Part shown: piece after piece, positions 44,132-59,923 of the stretch
How the letters are laid out: every line of letters starts with the position of its first letter
How positions within the stretch are numbered: position 1 is the first letter of the stretch
Program-made: the position numbers and the translations under genes
Assembly (NCBI RefSeq): GCF_009914755.1
Contig: NC_060937.1
Length of the DNA: 64,000 nt
DNA from: the human T2T-CHM13v2.0 reference genome, Homo sapiens
Reading direction: 5' to 3' (one strand)
Notes under the pieces: generated by a model
The model's input: the letters and a program-made list of their open reading frames with translations, nothing else
Told to the model about the DNA's origin: nothing
Database searches by the model: none

Positions 44132-45816
44132 TATGCCTGTACTTTTACTGCAAATGATTAATAATGTGAAATTAGTCACTGTGGGGAACTAACAGTATGG
44201 TAAGTGTCCTCTTTAAATTAGCTCTGAGGAAGAAACATTAATGGATTTCTATTGCTTCAGTTGATTTTTCTTCTCAATTCTCTATACATGTTGAAAGGTT
44301 TTGAAGACCCTAGACAATACATTCAGTCTTAGCGGTAAAAAAATAAATAACTGGATAATTATACTTGGAAAAGTTAAATGAAGAGATGAACTGAATATTA
44401 TAATTTTATGCATCTTTGCTATCAATGACTCACCCCTGTTGATAATTCATAACATTCTGTCATTTGCATATTTTCTCGTTGTGCTTTCTTCCAGAAATGT
44501 CATACTATTGTGGAAGTATTAATAATTTATTAAAAGGTCCAATTTAAAAATCCTTAAAGGACTAAGACTTGACTATAACAATGATGCATGTACTATAGAG
44601 AGCTGAAATATACCATCTTTGTAAATTTGTATTATAATCTAAGGTAAACAAAATCTTAGAATACAGATCTATTAATGTATTGCACAGTCCAGGTGCTGAG
44701 TTAAGTAGGTAAGTTTGTGAATAATGCAATGTCATTTGACTTTGAATTGCAGATTTGAACATTAGTTTTATTCTGTGATTTTGAAAAACACATATTACAT
44801 GGAAATAATAAATTTAATTTAACTTAATTTAAATTGCAAAAAATAGAGGTGTGCATTAATCTGGTTATCACACCTGTTCAGAATTTATTACCAGCTCTTC
44901 ATTTCACGCTTGTGTTGAACGTTATTATCTCATGGGAGAAAGACAAAATATGCTCCTTACTTTGCATTTCCCTTGGAAGGTATGATATATGAGCTCACTG
45001 ATGAATTAAATTACCACCCTTGGGATATGCAACTCTGTAGACTTCATATAGATTTCCATATAGTAATCCCCATTAGATTACTCTCATTTTTAAAAAAGTA
45101 ACTTTTAGTGATTCAGGCACATTCAAAGGAGGGGAGAGGGAGTAAAATTTGTATTGATTGTCTACTAGAAGTTATTTCATGTATCTAGCAAAGCAGTCTT
45201 CAGCCTTTTTATTTCCATTTTGCAAATAATGCTTGAAAGAGAATTTAAAACATATTATAAGCTTCTTAAAGATTAAAATTAATTCAAATACATTTATGTT
45301 AAATCAACTTTCTGTCATATTTCTCCTGACCTTTATGCTTTTATTTTAACAAAGGCAGATAGCCTTCATAAACTAAATATCTGTAAATTAACTCAAATTT
45401 ATAATTCATAATCAGGATCATTTTTATAACATAGAAATGACTTAAGTTACTGATTGACATTGCTATATTTTAAATGCAAATGTTATGTATTAATCTAACT
45501 GTATATACTTTATGTCCCATCTTAAAAATTTGAGATAAGAATAAGGACACAGATCAAGCTTGAAACTAGAGAGCTTTCCATATATTGTTCTAGTGATCAC
45601 AATGTCTTTTGTAAAAAATTGTCAAGTTGTTTTCTTCAGTTCAGATTAAGTCATTAGTCTGAAGAGTTTTTCGAGAATTGTTAAGTGAGCTACACACATC
45701 TTAGAGTATATGAATTGTTTTTTATCCTAGAATCTCTTCAGCCAACTCAAATCAACAACAAAAATTAAAAAATAAAATCCAGTAGAAGATAAGGGACTTC
45801 CTGCCTCCCTCTATTT

Positions 45817-46165
45817 TGTAGTAGTTTGTATTGTTTGTTTAACGTATGTATTGATACCCCCTACAAAACATCTTTCTATGCAACCCTTTCATTAGGGAAA
45901 GCTGTCTTTCCCATGCATTGACTTCAGGCTTGCCTATGTGACTTTGACCACTGGGTTATAAACTTTAACAGCCATCATATAGTTTGAAATATCCAATTTT
46001 CAGATACTAATTTCTTTCTTACTTTAGGTTCTGGAGTCAAGAGTTCATGCCGTTTCTGCCAAACAATAAAAACACATGGAACAACAAAACTTAAACCTTT
46101 GTTGAAAAAAAAACCACTAAAATTTGGTATTTTTTCATAGTGACATAACTCAAGCTGATTTATAA
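45817..46165 (+). mobile_element. Old MLT1 LTR
   Basis: 'cattgacttcaggcttgcctatgtgactttgacca' and the end 'ccactaaaatttggtattt...catagtgacataact..agctgat'. Confidence 0.55.
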
Positions 46166-46933
46166 AATATTCAATTTATGTTATCTGACAGCATATATTT
46201 GCATTCTTTCGACTAAGTTTACTGACATAAAATAAAATTCCAATGTCTTCAATTGGAAAGCAAGATGAGATTTACACATTTACTTTAGATAATACAACTA
46301 ATTAAAAGCTAAAATGCACTTGCTGATTTGATGGCAAATTTAGTTATACATGATTTTGCTCTATTTAACTTTGGGTAGATTGTGATAAGAAAGAATTGAC
46401 CACAAACTACATTATTCCCAGTATATCCCTGAATCCTAGAGCATTAGTAGCACTCCTTGATTTATCATTCCAATCTAATTTCACAGAGCTAGTCTATCAG
46501 CACACTCACTTTGACGATTTTTAGCTGCAAGTATAGCAATTCATTTATAACATTCTCCAAACAAATTTCAACTTCACTAACAGATTGTGCTTGACTGAGG
46601 CTGTTTGTGATCTAAAATAGCTAGGATCCTAACATAAGCTTATAATGAAATGTCTGACAAGACTTTAACATGGGAGTCTCCTAATGATTTTGTAATGTTT
46701 TGACAATCTTGAAAATATGTTTTTAAAAGAGCTAGCAAATGCAAGTGTTCCCTAAGCAAAATATCCCATCTGTTCAAAAAAATGTCTTAAGATACCAAAA
46801 GTACTAACCACAGTGCAGGAATAAGCAGTCGTGTGACTTAATTTCTTTAAATAAATGATCCTTTTATTAAATAAATAATAGGAATTATAGAAACCTTTAA
46901 AATCTTGAGTCTGTAATTCAACTGCCCGGTAAT

Positions 46934-47180
46934 CTTTCAAGGTAACTAAGAGAATTGTCAGAGATCCCTCAACTGTAGCAAAGTGTGTCCTGAATGCTCC
47001 TATTAGAGGAGCTGAAAAGGATGTTTAAAACCTTATTAGTTTAAAGTACAAAGAAAAAAGGTGAGTTTTATATTAAAGAGTACTGAATATGCTGCCTTTA
47101 GACAGCTATTATGAACATTCATCATTTATTGCTCCAGTTGAGGGAATTTTGACAATTCCTTTTACAAGTCACCTTTAAAG
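46934..47180. repeat. Long imperfect inverted repeat (palindrome)
   Basis: 46952-46981 vs 47129-47158 reverse-complement 26/30; further matching blocks inside and outside. Confidence 0.85.
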
Positions 47181-47630
47181 CTACTCTGCCAAGCTGATGA
47201 GGCCAAAATATTGATTTGAGTTGTCCACATGTTAGCTCAAATGATTGCAAGTCAGCTGGAGTTCTTTGTTCTATTTTGAGTTTTCCATCTGTATTACCTC
47301 AAGAAGGTTACAGTGAACACTTTCCTTTTGTAGATGATACATAGGTTTTTTTCAAGATTTCGTTATTTTGCATGCTCTATTTCATATTATAGATATATAT
47401 GCCTCAACTTATTCATTTCAAATGTAATAAAACTGAGGTCCTGGGAAATAAAATAACCTATATGGTTAAAATAACTGAAAATGTGTAGAGTGAGAATTTC
47501 TAATGTCAATTTATTACAATGTCTTGTCTGCCTGCCTGTCTTCCTTTCATTCTTCCATTTGTCTCTTTTTCTATTTCTTTCTATAGGAATGTCTATTTTT
47601 TTCTTACAATTTAATCTTTAAACACTAGCA

Positions 47631-47928
47631 GGCCAGGCGAGATGGCTCATACCTCTAATCCCAGCACTTTGGGAGGCTGAGGCTGGAAGATCACTTGAGG
47701 TTAGGAGCTTGAGACCAACATGGCGAAAACCCATCTCTACCAAAAATACAAAAATTAGCCAGGCATCGTGGCACATGCCTGTTAATCCCAGCTACTCAGG
47801 AGGCTGAGGCACAAGAATCACTTGTACTCAGGAGATGGAGGTTGGAGTGAGCTGAGATTGCACCACTGCGTTCCAGCCTGGTGACAGAGTGAGACTCCAT
47901 CTCAAAAAACAAAACAAACAAAACAAAA
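47631..47928 (+). mobile_element. Alu (old S/J-type)
   Basis: Dimer with (CAAAA)n tail; ctagca on both flanks. Confidence 0.93.
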
Positions 47929-48379
47929 TGCTAGCAAATAAAAGTGTACCTATCATCATGAAGTATAAAATAGACACATAAAAATTTATTTTGATTTAAA
48001 TTTATCTCTATTTTTACCAATTTAAGAAAAATTTGAATATACTTTATTTAGATAAGACATATTTATTAAATTAAAAATAAATATTTATCTCATTTTTAAG
48101 GCTTCATTTTAGCTAATATATTCAGAAGGATTAATATTTTTGTTTACTTTATATGTTCACAGACAATCACATTTGGATTTTAGGCTCTCTCTAACCATGT
48201 TAGCAATGTTACAATCAGAAACCTAACTAAATAGCAAATACCAACCGCCATTGGTGGTTTTGCATTGGTAGCTTCTGATTGCTGTTTCGGATAGCAACAC
48301 TGATGTTCAAAGGTAGATTTACCATGAAGTTAATGGGTCTTAAGCTACAGGGTCCCTCACTTATTAAGACTGCTTCTAA

Positions 48380-48707
<328 letters not shown>

Positions 48708-49690
48708 TAATTTTATGATTATACATTATTCTTATTCTGAAAGAAGTTCCTCAAATTACAATGTTTTACGCTCCAAAAGTTTGACTATCCCTTTAATTAT
48801 TCTATGTATTAATACAAATTAAAAATCTTTAAAGCCTTTCTAATGTGTGCCCCCTTTCTCTTACAGTTATGATCAGTATTTGGTTATTTTAAAAACTGAT
48901 TCAAAAAGAGGAATGTTCATGTAATTTACAGTTCAAATCAGGTCACTTTTAAGAGGTAGGATAAGCTAGGTTTATAGCAGACAAACTGGAATATATAATC
49001 TCTTGATATAAGCTAGAATGTGAAAAAATTGTATAAAAATTCAGCATTTGATTGTATCGACAAACAAAAGAGAAGTTTCAGGAGGGCCTGACAAATGGTT
49101 TCAAATATTTGAAGGTTGAATGAATTAAAGGTGTACTTGTGTTGTGTCTCTTGTAAATAATAAAAATTCAAGAATTAAATTTGAGTTCAACATAAGAAAG
49201 AACTGCCTGTTCTCCTTTCTCCTGTTTCTTTTCAGAATTAAAACTACCCAACAGCAGAAAAATCTTTCTTGTGAACCAGTATTTACTTTGTCACAGGAAA
49301 TATTTTCACAGAAATAAGATGACCCATTAAAAGATAAATAATGATGAGATAACTGCATTGGCTGGAAAAGGTTTTGTGAATTATACAATTGGAAGTAGAT
49401 GACATAGTGGTTAATAGCTTTGCCTCCACTGTCAAACACACTGGATTTGGATTTCAACATTTTACTACAAAGTCTAGAATTTCTGAAAGGACATAGAAAT
49501 TCATGTCTAGACAATGCTAACATTTTATTCATATCATTATAACATTATTTCAAAATGTTAACATTAACATTTTATTATTTAGACCTAAATAAAGTGCCCG
49601 AACACTCCCACTTATGGATGCTAAAAATGATCATTTTCTATCTAAGAAGCAAAATTTTGGAAGGTATATCCTTAAGTTTGCCTTGGGAAA

Positions 49691-49713
49691 ACACACACAC
49701 ACACACACACACA
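49691..49713. repeat. (CA)n microsatellite, ~11 units
   Basis: AC run. Confidence 0.9.
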
Positions 49714-51188
49714 AAATTATCCGGCTTAAGAAAATAAGGAAATGTCTCATCTCACATGAAAGAAATGTAAAGTAAAGGCTCTAAAATAATTAGCTAATTT
49801 TGGATTCCTGGTCAGCTTTCACAAAGTCATCTGCATCCGTATCAGAAATTATAAACTCCTGTTACCATCTGGCAGATGTTTGATCATGTCAGTTTATACT
49901 GAAAAACATGTACACATGAGTCGTTAAACTGTAGTATCAATAGGCAGCACAAGTACCTGGTATAGCCCCTCTCATTAAGGAGAAGAAAGCATGTTATGGA
50001 AATGGAAGAAAACATTGAGATTCCAAGGCTGTTCACATTGCCCAAAGGTATTTTAAATTTGGTAATGAAATCTTCTTAGATAATACAGTATCTCTTTTGT
50101 AATTGAACATGAATGTGTTTCCACAATCCTGAATAAAACTCAGAAAACTGTTACATTTACTATCCCTAAAACCTATCCATATTAGTAACATTAACCTAAG
50201 TTAGTTTGAGCTTTACATTTTCATTTTATAGCATTCCATATATTTTAAGCTCAATAAATAAAACAAATCATACCAAATGTTTGAGCTAATTAAGATTATA
50301 TGGAGCCTACCATCATTCCTCTTGTATCCCCACATACTCTTGAGTCTTAGGTTGCAAGGCCAGGAAGGAAGCCTCTGATATCACATAGCAGATATCTGGA
50401 GGATGCTAAAAATATTTGGGTATAAATGACCCCTTGCTACTCGTATTATTCTGAATAGATAATTGAAACACAATTGTCAGATCATAGTATAAATGTCTTC
50501 AAGAAGGAAATGAGCCATTTATTTAAATAGTCATTTATATGTTTATTTACTTATATATGCATTAATATGCTTACATATGTTTGTGTGTGTGTGTGTAACA
50601 TAACAAACATGAGAATGTTCATATCTCCAGAAATGAAGCATCATCATTGTGATTCTATTTATTTTCATAATTTTTTAAGTACAAACTATTTCAAAGTTGC
50701 ATAAAAGTATAAAAACAAGTAGATCTATTTGAGAATACAAATTCAGAAAAGGTAAAACAGATACAATTTGCCATCTATGTAAAATATGCAGAATGTAAAT
50801 AATCACTTTATTAGTACTGTAACTTGACAGTAAACTGTAGATTATTTCTCATTTGCATCGTTTGTCTTCTTTCTATTATGTATAAGCATATTTTTAATTG
50901 ACATACGTACCTTGATGAGTATGTATATATTCAATATGTGTACAGATGCAATTATTCTCTACAAAGGTAAAAGCTACATTACTTAAATCTTTACAATATA
51001 ATCAATTTTCAAGTTATTATAGTGTCTTTACAACATTGAATTGACACAAAGTTTAAATGTTTTGAAAAAGCAGTAACTATATAAGCAAGTTTCTTTGGAA
51101 TTTATGTATAATGGTCTGTATTTTCTTGATGATTTTTACTCTGTTTCAATCGCATTGGAAACAAAATAACTATAAGCTTTTAGTATCA

Positions 51189-51240
51189 CATTCACTATTA
51201 AAGGGGATACAATTCATTCACTATTAAAGGGGATACAATT
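51189..51240. repeat. Perfect 26-bp tandem duplication
   Basis: cattcactattaaaggggatacaatt x2. Confidence 0.97.
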
Positions 51241-51555
51241 TTGTTTTTATTAATTTATTTTTCTTCATTCTCTTTTTGCATGCTGTTTCTTATTGTTGTT
51301 TTATTATACTGTAGTAATTCATTGATATGTGGAAAAGGCATTCCCCTCTCATCGTTATAATAATGATATTTTATAGGAGGCTAGTTGACAGAGATCAAAC
51401 TAGCATTCTTCCATGACTCCTCTCTTTGTTGATCCTGTGTGTCTGTGTTCTAGTTATCAGGGCCTGATGGGACCTAATTTGATTTCTTGCTTCACTTTTT
51501 TTTTTCCTTTTTTGAATTAAACTGAGAGTATGGTTTTTTTATTAAAATAATTTAG

Positions 51556-51937
<382 letters not shown>

Positions 51938-52143
51938 CCATTGAATTCTTAAAGCAACAACATACTTACAACTGAATGGGAAATACTTCGGGCACTCTCT
52001 GATGATTTGATTGGTGTTAGAAGCTGAGGGGAACTTTAACAGAGAAACAAGATGGCTCTACTGTGAAAAATATTCAGTGTTACCCAAATAGTGATTATGG
52101 GAAGTGAAAATATGAAAATTCTTAAAAAATATTTTCTATTTTT

Positions 52144-52470
<327 letters not shown>

Positions 52471-55400
52471 CTATTTTTATTCTTTTGTGTTTCTTTTTTG
52501 TTTGTTTTTTTTCTTAGGACCAAAGTAAAAAGTTTAATGAGTTGTCAGAAAGAAATATGTCACGCCTCAGAATTTTGGAAGAATTAGGAATTTTAGGCAT
52601 TATCTATAGAATCACTTTATTTGTAAAGTAAGAGGACTGAGTATCCAAGAGTATCTTATATCTGACATTCATCCTACCAATGGAGCTCTTCAGAACAACT
52701 TCTGACTCTGACATTACCCGTTGTTTTAAATATATTTTTTCCCATTCATTCCTCAGTTGTAATGCTACTTAGTTGATTGACACAATTCTGTTCCTATCAC
52801 TATTAAGGGAAATGAGTATTTACAATCCACCTTGAGATGGTTATTTATTTCTTCCTCTAAAACATGACTTAACTATATTCACAGCCTCATGGTTATTAAC
52901 TGTAGTTCTTCTCTCTTGAGTAGCAAAGCAGACAGGATTTTAAATGAGGCAATTGTTTTCATTTTTGTTTGTTGACTAATAGAATTAATTAATCAGACTC
53001 AGTATTATTAAGTATAATTTTAATAGTTACATTTATTTAATCCAGGAAAAAAAAACATTTAGTAAAAGTCTGGATCTATATTTTTTAAAAAAGAGAAAAA
53101 ATTCAAGTAAACCACATGGATTTCCAAATACTGCTAAAGAACCCATAAGATGTATAATTATCCATGCTTGGTTTGCCTATAATTTTCTCATTAACCTTTC
53201 TTGTCTCAGCCCATTATAACTGGTTTAGATGTATTTACAATGTTTCAGTATACTTACTTTTGTTTCTACTTGGGAATTTTCTTTTTATTTTGTATCAAAT
53301 GTTTCTGGTCTGAAAGTGATCAGCCTCCACTGTTTTCCACTCAATTTGCTTTTGAGCAGCATCGTATCTGAGTCCTTGTGAACGCATTCAATTATTATTG
53401 TTTCTAAGACTCTGGTGCATACATACTTCGTTCTTTGCAATGCCTCTCATTGTCCCCTCTGGCTTCATTGAAGTAGTTTCCTTCACCTAGTCTCTTCCCT
53501 GATTTTGGTAGCCAGGCCTGTGATGCCAAGATATCTGTCCTAGAAAACTTCTCAGTATGCTCAATCCACAAAATATCTTTTCCTGAAGGTTTAGTCATGC
53601 ATCACCAGCCTTGAAATTTTAAGGATGGTCTTAACACTCAGAATATAACCAGCATATGTCTTTAAATGTTATCATATGTAATAAATTATTATTAGCTCAG
53701 AATTAACAGATAAATATGAATTCTTCATCTTTGTATCCTAGTAATAAGCACAATGCCTGAAATGTAGTTGGTATTTAGTAATGCCTGTTGAAAGAAGGAT
53801 GCCTTGAATGAGCCATGAATCATGTAGTGTTTTTTATTCACATGCAGAGATGATATTTCAGAATTCTTTTCTAGTAGATATGTTTCACTTTAAGATTCTT
53901 AAGTTTTCTTTAAACTGTACCCTTAAGCTTATGATTAAGTGGTGCTTCAGAATTTAAATGTGTTCATATTAGCTCCCATAATATATAGACTTGTCTACCA
54001 TGAATATTTAGGAACCTAGATACATGAAATGGCAGATAGTGTTATTTCATTATGATATATTTCATTTATCCAGAGGCAGTAAAATAAAAGCATGCCATTT
54101 TGTAAAGCAGGCTTATGAAACCATCTATATTATTTTGCATTTTTATTGCTCTATTCCTCTAAGGAGCTCAAGATGCTCTATCGAAAGGTTTTTTACTATA
54201 ATGATAAACTGCCCAGAATACCTTTGACACAGGTAAACATGCATAAAGTCATACCTAAGGCTGCTTTCTCTATTATAAATTTATTCTGTGTTAAGAAAAA
54301 AATGGGAGCACTTAATCACTTGAAAGTCTAAGGCAAAACTGTTGAATTCATCATAGAATGTCCCTAAAAAAGTCGATAGCAAAGAACATTTCTTACTGTT
54401 TTACACTAGCAATAATTTGTTTTTGTTTTTTTGACCCTATAGATTTACTGGAAAGGGGGTAATGATGTTTAGTTCAATTTTGGTATTATAAATTTGCCCA
54501 AATTTTATTAATCTTTACATAAAGATACAACAAATATGTTAAGAGCTCATAAGTTCTAATATTTTATAAAGTATGTGCAAAAGTAATTTTAAAAGTAGAT
54601 TTATGCAAAAATTATTATATTTGTTATTTCATATGCTATTGGTACTTTATGATATTATTCCTATAAACACTAGGTAAACAAAAGTAATCTTTTTAGTAGT
54701 CATTTTTATTTAAAAAAAGGTGCCGTACAGAGAAAAACTTTGAGAACGCTGGGTACATGGGACTTTTATGCAGTACTGTAGGAAAGCAACATGGGAATTT
54801 AAACATCATAAAACTATTCAAAAATTCTTTTCCTCATGCATACAGACATTTTTCAAATTTTATAAAGGTGGAAAAGCTAAAGATACACCAAATGTTCAGC
54901 AATAGAAAGCTGATTAAGTAAATATAGTCACTTAATAAAATAGTATGGAAGTTATAGTAATAACAGTAATCTCAAGAATGATCAGAATACATATTGCTAA
55001 GTGAAAAAAATACAAATACAAATTTTACTTATACTATCACTAAAGTATTGTAGACATCTTATGTGCCCACTAACACAAATTGAAAGAAATTACTCTGTTG
55101 CCCAATCTGACTAATTACAGAATCAATCTTTTCTATTGAACTCCATACCCATTTGGCTACCACTCCATATCAGTTCAATACAGTGTCTCTAAATAGACTG
55201 CTTTTGCTATAGTTTTATACATTTTAAATTCCATAGCTTGAAATGAAGTTTCTCCATTTGCTGTTCTTGCCTACCTCTCCACTCTAATTTCTTCCCACTT
55301 CAACAAAACACTTCAGTTATAATAAATAACTTGTGATTTCATGAAAATACGATGTATTTTTATAATTTGGGGATATTAGTCATATTATATCTGCTCTTTG

Positions 55401-55770
55401 CAGTACTCCTCTTTCCTCTTGTTGAGCGAGCCAACACTGGTCATATTCTAGAATTCTACTCAAGTGTTTACCTCCTCTTGGCAGCTTTCTTGCCCCATAC
55501 TGTCCAACACAGTAGTTGTTAGATATTTCATTAGGAGCTACAATGACATCTTGGGAAGTTGTTATATTATATCATTCCATATATTTCTAAGGTCCAGGAT
55601 TGAAGCAGTACTTAGCAACCACCTACACATTTTTTAGCATTATTAAGTTAAATAGCAACAAATAGAAATAGTTGCATGTCTTAGTATAGTGCATTATTGC
55701 TAAGAGATTTTTTAAATGTACTGGTTATACTGTGGTTTTTTATAGTATAATATTAATTGTATTAAGTATC

Positions 55771-56987
<1,217 letters not shown>

Positions 56988-57129
56988 TAAACTTCAGTGA
57001 CATATACATGAAATATTATTTAACTGCAAAATCCAAACTGGTCAGAATAGGTCAAAATGAAAAAAAAAATCTATATAACCTGAAGGAATTATACAGAATA
57101 TTCATTTTGATAAAGTAACAGTTTTTTTT

Positions 57130-57950
57130 ATAATATACCAAAGCCATTAAATAATTAGGTGTGAACCAAATGTGTGCATGATGCATACAGACAATTATAA
57201 AATGTTGACGACAGAAATCAAAGAAGTCTTAAATTAATGGAGAGATATACGACATTTATAGACTGGAAGACTCAAAATTGTTAAGATGTAAATCCTCCCC
57301 CAGATTGATCTACAGATTAAACAGTCATAATTTAAATCTCAGAATGGATTCTGGTAGAAATTTATAATTTAAGCCTAAAATTTACATGAAAAACAAAGGA
57401 TCTAGACCAATAGTTTTTAATAAATGAACAAGGTGGATACCTCATACTATTATTAAATAGTAAGTGATTTCAAGGATTACTATATAGAGCCACAATAATA
57501 AGTATACAATGGTTTTATCCTAAAGATTGACAAATCTGTCAATAAAGCAGAGTCAAAATACTTCCACATATATATGGGCAATTGATTTTTGACAGGAAGG
57601 TCAAATGGAGAATGGATGAACTCTAGAAAAACATGGTATATGAACAATTGGATATCCATATGCAATTTCTGAGAGAGAAAGAGACAGAGAGAGAGAGAGA
57701 ATGACCCTTGCTTGACCCATTATGGCCACTGTGTGTGTGTGTGTGTCTGTGTGTGTGTGTGTATAATACATATACAGTAACACAGTGTGCAATGTAGGAC
57801 TAAATTTAAACAATAAAACTTCTAAGAAAAAAACATAGTAGAAAATGTTTGTTACTTCAGGTAAGGCAAAGATTTTAGGTACAAATCCCAAAGCAGGACT
57901 GATATAAGAAAAATTTATAAGTTGCCCCTCATCAAAATTAAAAAGCAAAC
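57130..57950 (+). mobile_element. Old L1M ORF2 fragment with embedded (GA)n/(TG)n
   Basis: 'gaaatcaaagaagtcttaaattaatggagagatatac...ggaagactcaaaattgttaagatg'. Confidence 0.8.
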
Positions 57951-58181
57951 CCTTGGAATGGAGGAGTTAAGAAGGATAAATCACATAATGACAGTAGTAA
58001 ATGCAAACATGAAATTGTTTTGTCTATCTCTAAATAAATAAAACTTTTCATTTATTTTATGACCTTTTTAAAATTCTACTGGTATAGTGCACAATCAATG
58101 ATATCAGATTATATTTCAGTACATTTGGGAACTGGTTATGTTAAGTACAAAGGCTTAGATCATATATTCCACTATCAAAAT

Positions 58182-58388
58182 CAGGGATAAGCAGTAGTTT
58201 TCCTAATGATCCAGATAGTAATTATTTTAGGCTTTGATGGCCATAAATTTCTGCTACAATTCAACTGTTGTTGGAGCTCAGAGCAACCATACAAAACAGG
58301 TAAACAAATAGACTTATCCAGTGGATCCCTATTAAACTTTATCTATGAAAACAAGTGGCTAGTCTAGCCTCATATTTTGTCAAATACC
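58182..58388. mobile_element. MER58A-like hAT MITE
   Basis: 'ccagatagtaattattttaggctttg..ggccata...caactg...gcaaccata...taaactttat.tat.aaaacaagtggc'. Confidence 0.7.
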
Positions 58389-59471
58389 AATACAAAATCA
58401 ATCATAGCCATGGAAAATCTTTTTTAGGTTACTGCTAAGTAACATAAAATCATAAAAATGGCTTGCCACTTTGAATATTGAAGGTTTTTGTAGATACTCT
58501 CTGTTTGTTCATGGGTTTCTGTTTGCCAGATTGATTGTTTGCTTTTGTTCTTCACGTATTGCAGTGAAAAGATGCTAAACCACAACTTCAGTTTTACACT
58601 CTCATTCTTCTACTTATTAAATTTGGTTTGAATCACTGAAATTTTCTGAATTTCACTTTCTCCTGCAAGTGTAAAATGTAATAATCATGAGGATTAAAGG
58701 AAATTCAAAGATCACTTTGAATCTAAAATTTATTACACATATATAGCATTGCTTTTGCTGCCTCATTCCCTACTCATTCTTCATGGTTGCTTCACTTCCA
58801 AGTTTGACTAAACTCTACTAAAGATCCTGACCAATAGCATTACCATGCATCCACCTTTTCTTTGAAGGAAGGACATTCTGCATTGATACAACTGTTACCC
58901 AAATGTTAGCATTTGGATAGCATTCTAAATTGCATTCTAAGTAGCATTCTAAGTTTATTTCTCTTTTCTAAGTGTTTTCCTTTGGTTGAAGCAATTGTTT
59001 CCTCCCATGCTACCAAAGTTGTCTTGCACAAACTCATTATTCAACTGCTGTTAAAATGTGGTGATTTATTACTGCCTGTGCATAGAAACTCCTTTTTGTG
59101 GTAGATAGGAGAACACTTCGCTTTTCAGCCAAGTGCTCAGTGTAACCCCTACCGTTTCGTGCTCCTGGGCACTCCACATGGAGAGGTCTCATCTGGTATA
59201 TAGTCGTATACCTTGCCTCTACCTCCCTTCTTCTCTTGACACTCTGGAGAAGCAGCCAGGCACAGCTCCTGTAAGTCCAATTCGTTGTGTGTCTCTGTCT
59301 ACGCTCTATAGGTGTCACACCAAAGACCAACCTTCTGGCCTCAATAATGATTTTTGAAGCTGCTATGGCCATGTGGATGTTGGTAACAGATGTATATATA
59401 AATTATCCTCATTACTATTGTACCCCCCACACAAGTAAAGATTATTTTTTCTTAAAAAGAAAGTGTATCTT

Positions 59472-59923
<452 letters not shown>

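Noticed and set aside
49125-49532. 135-aa minus-strand ORF
   Set aside because: Composition is typical of AT-rich non-coding DNA, it overlaps a probable MIR fragment, and it has no domain signature.
53404-53598. 64-aa minus-strand ORF in non-repeat sequence
   Set aside because: Length is within chance expectation, with no motif and no convincing promoter or splice context.
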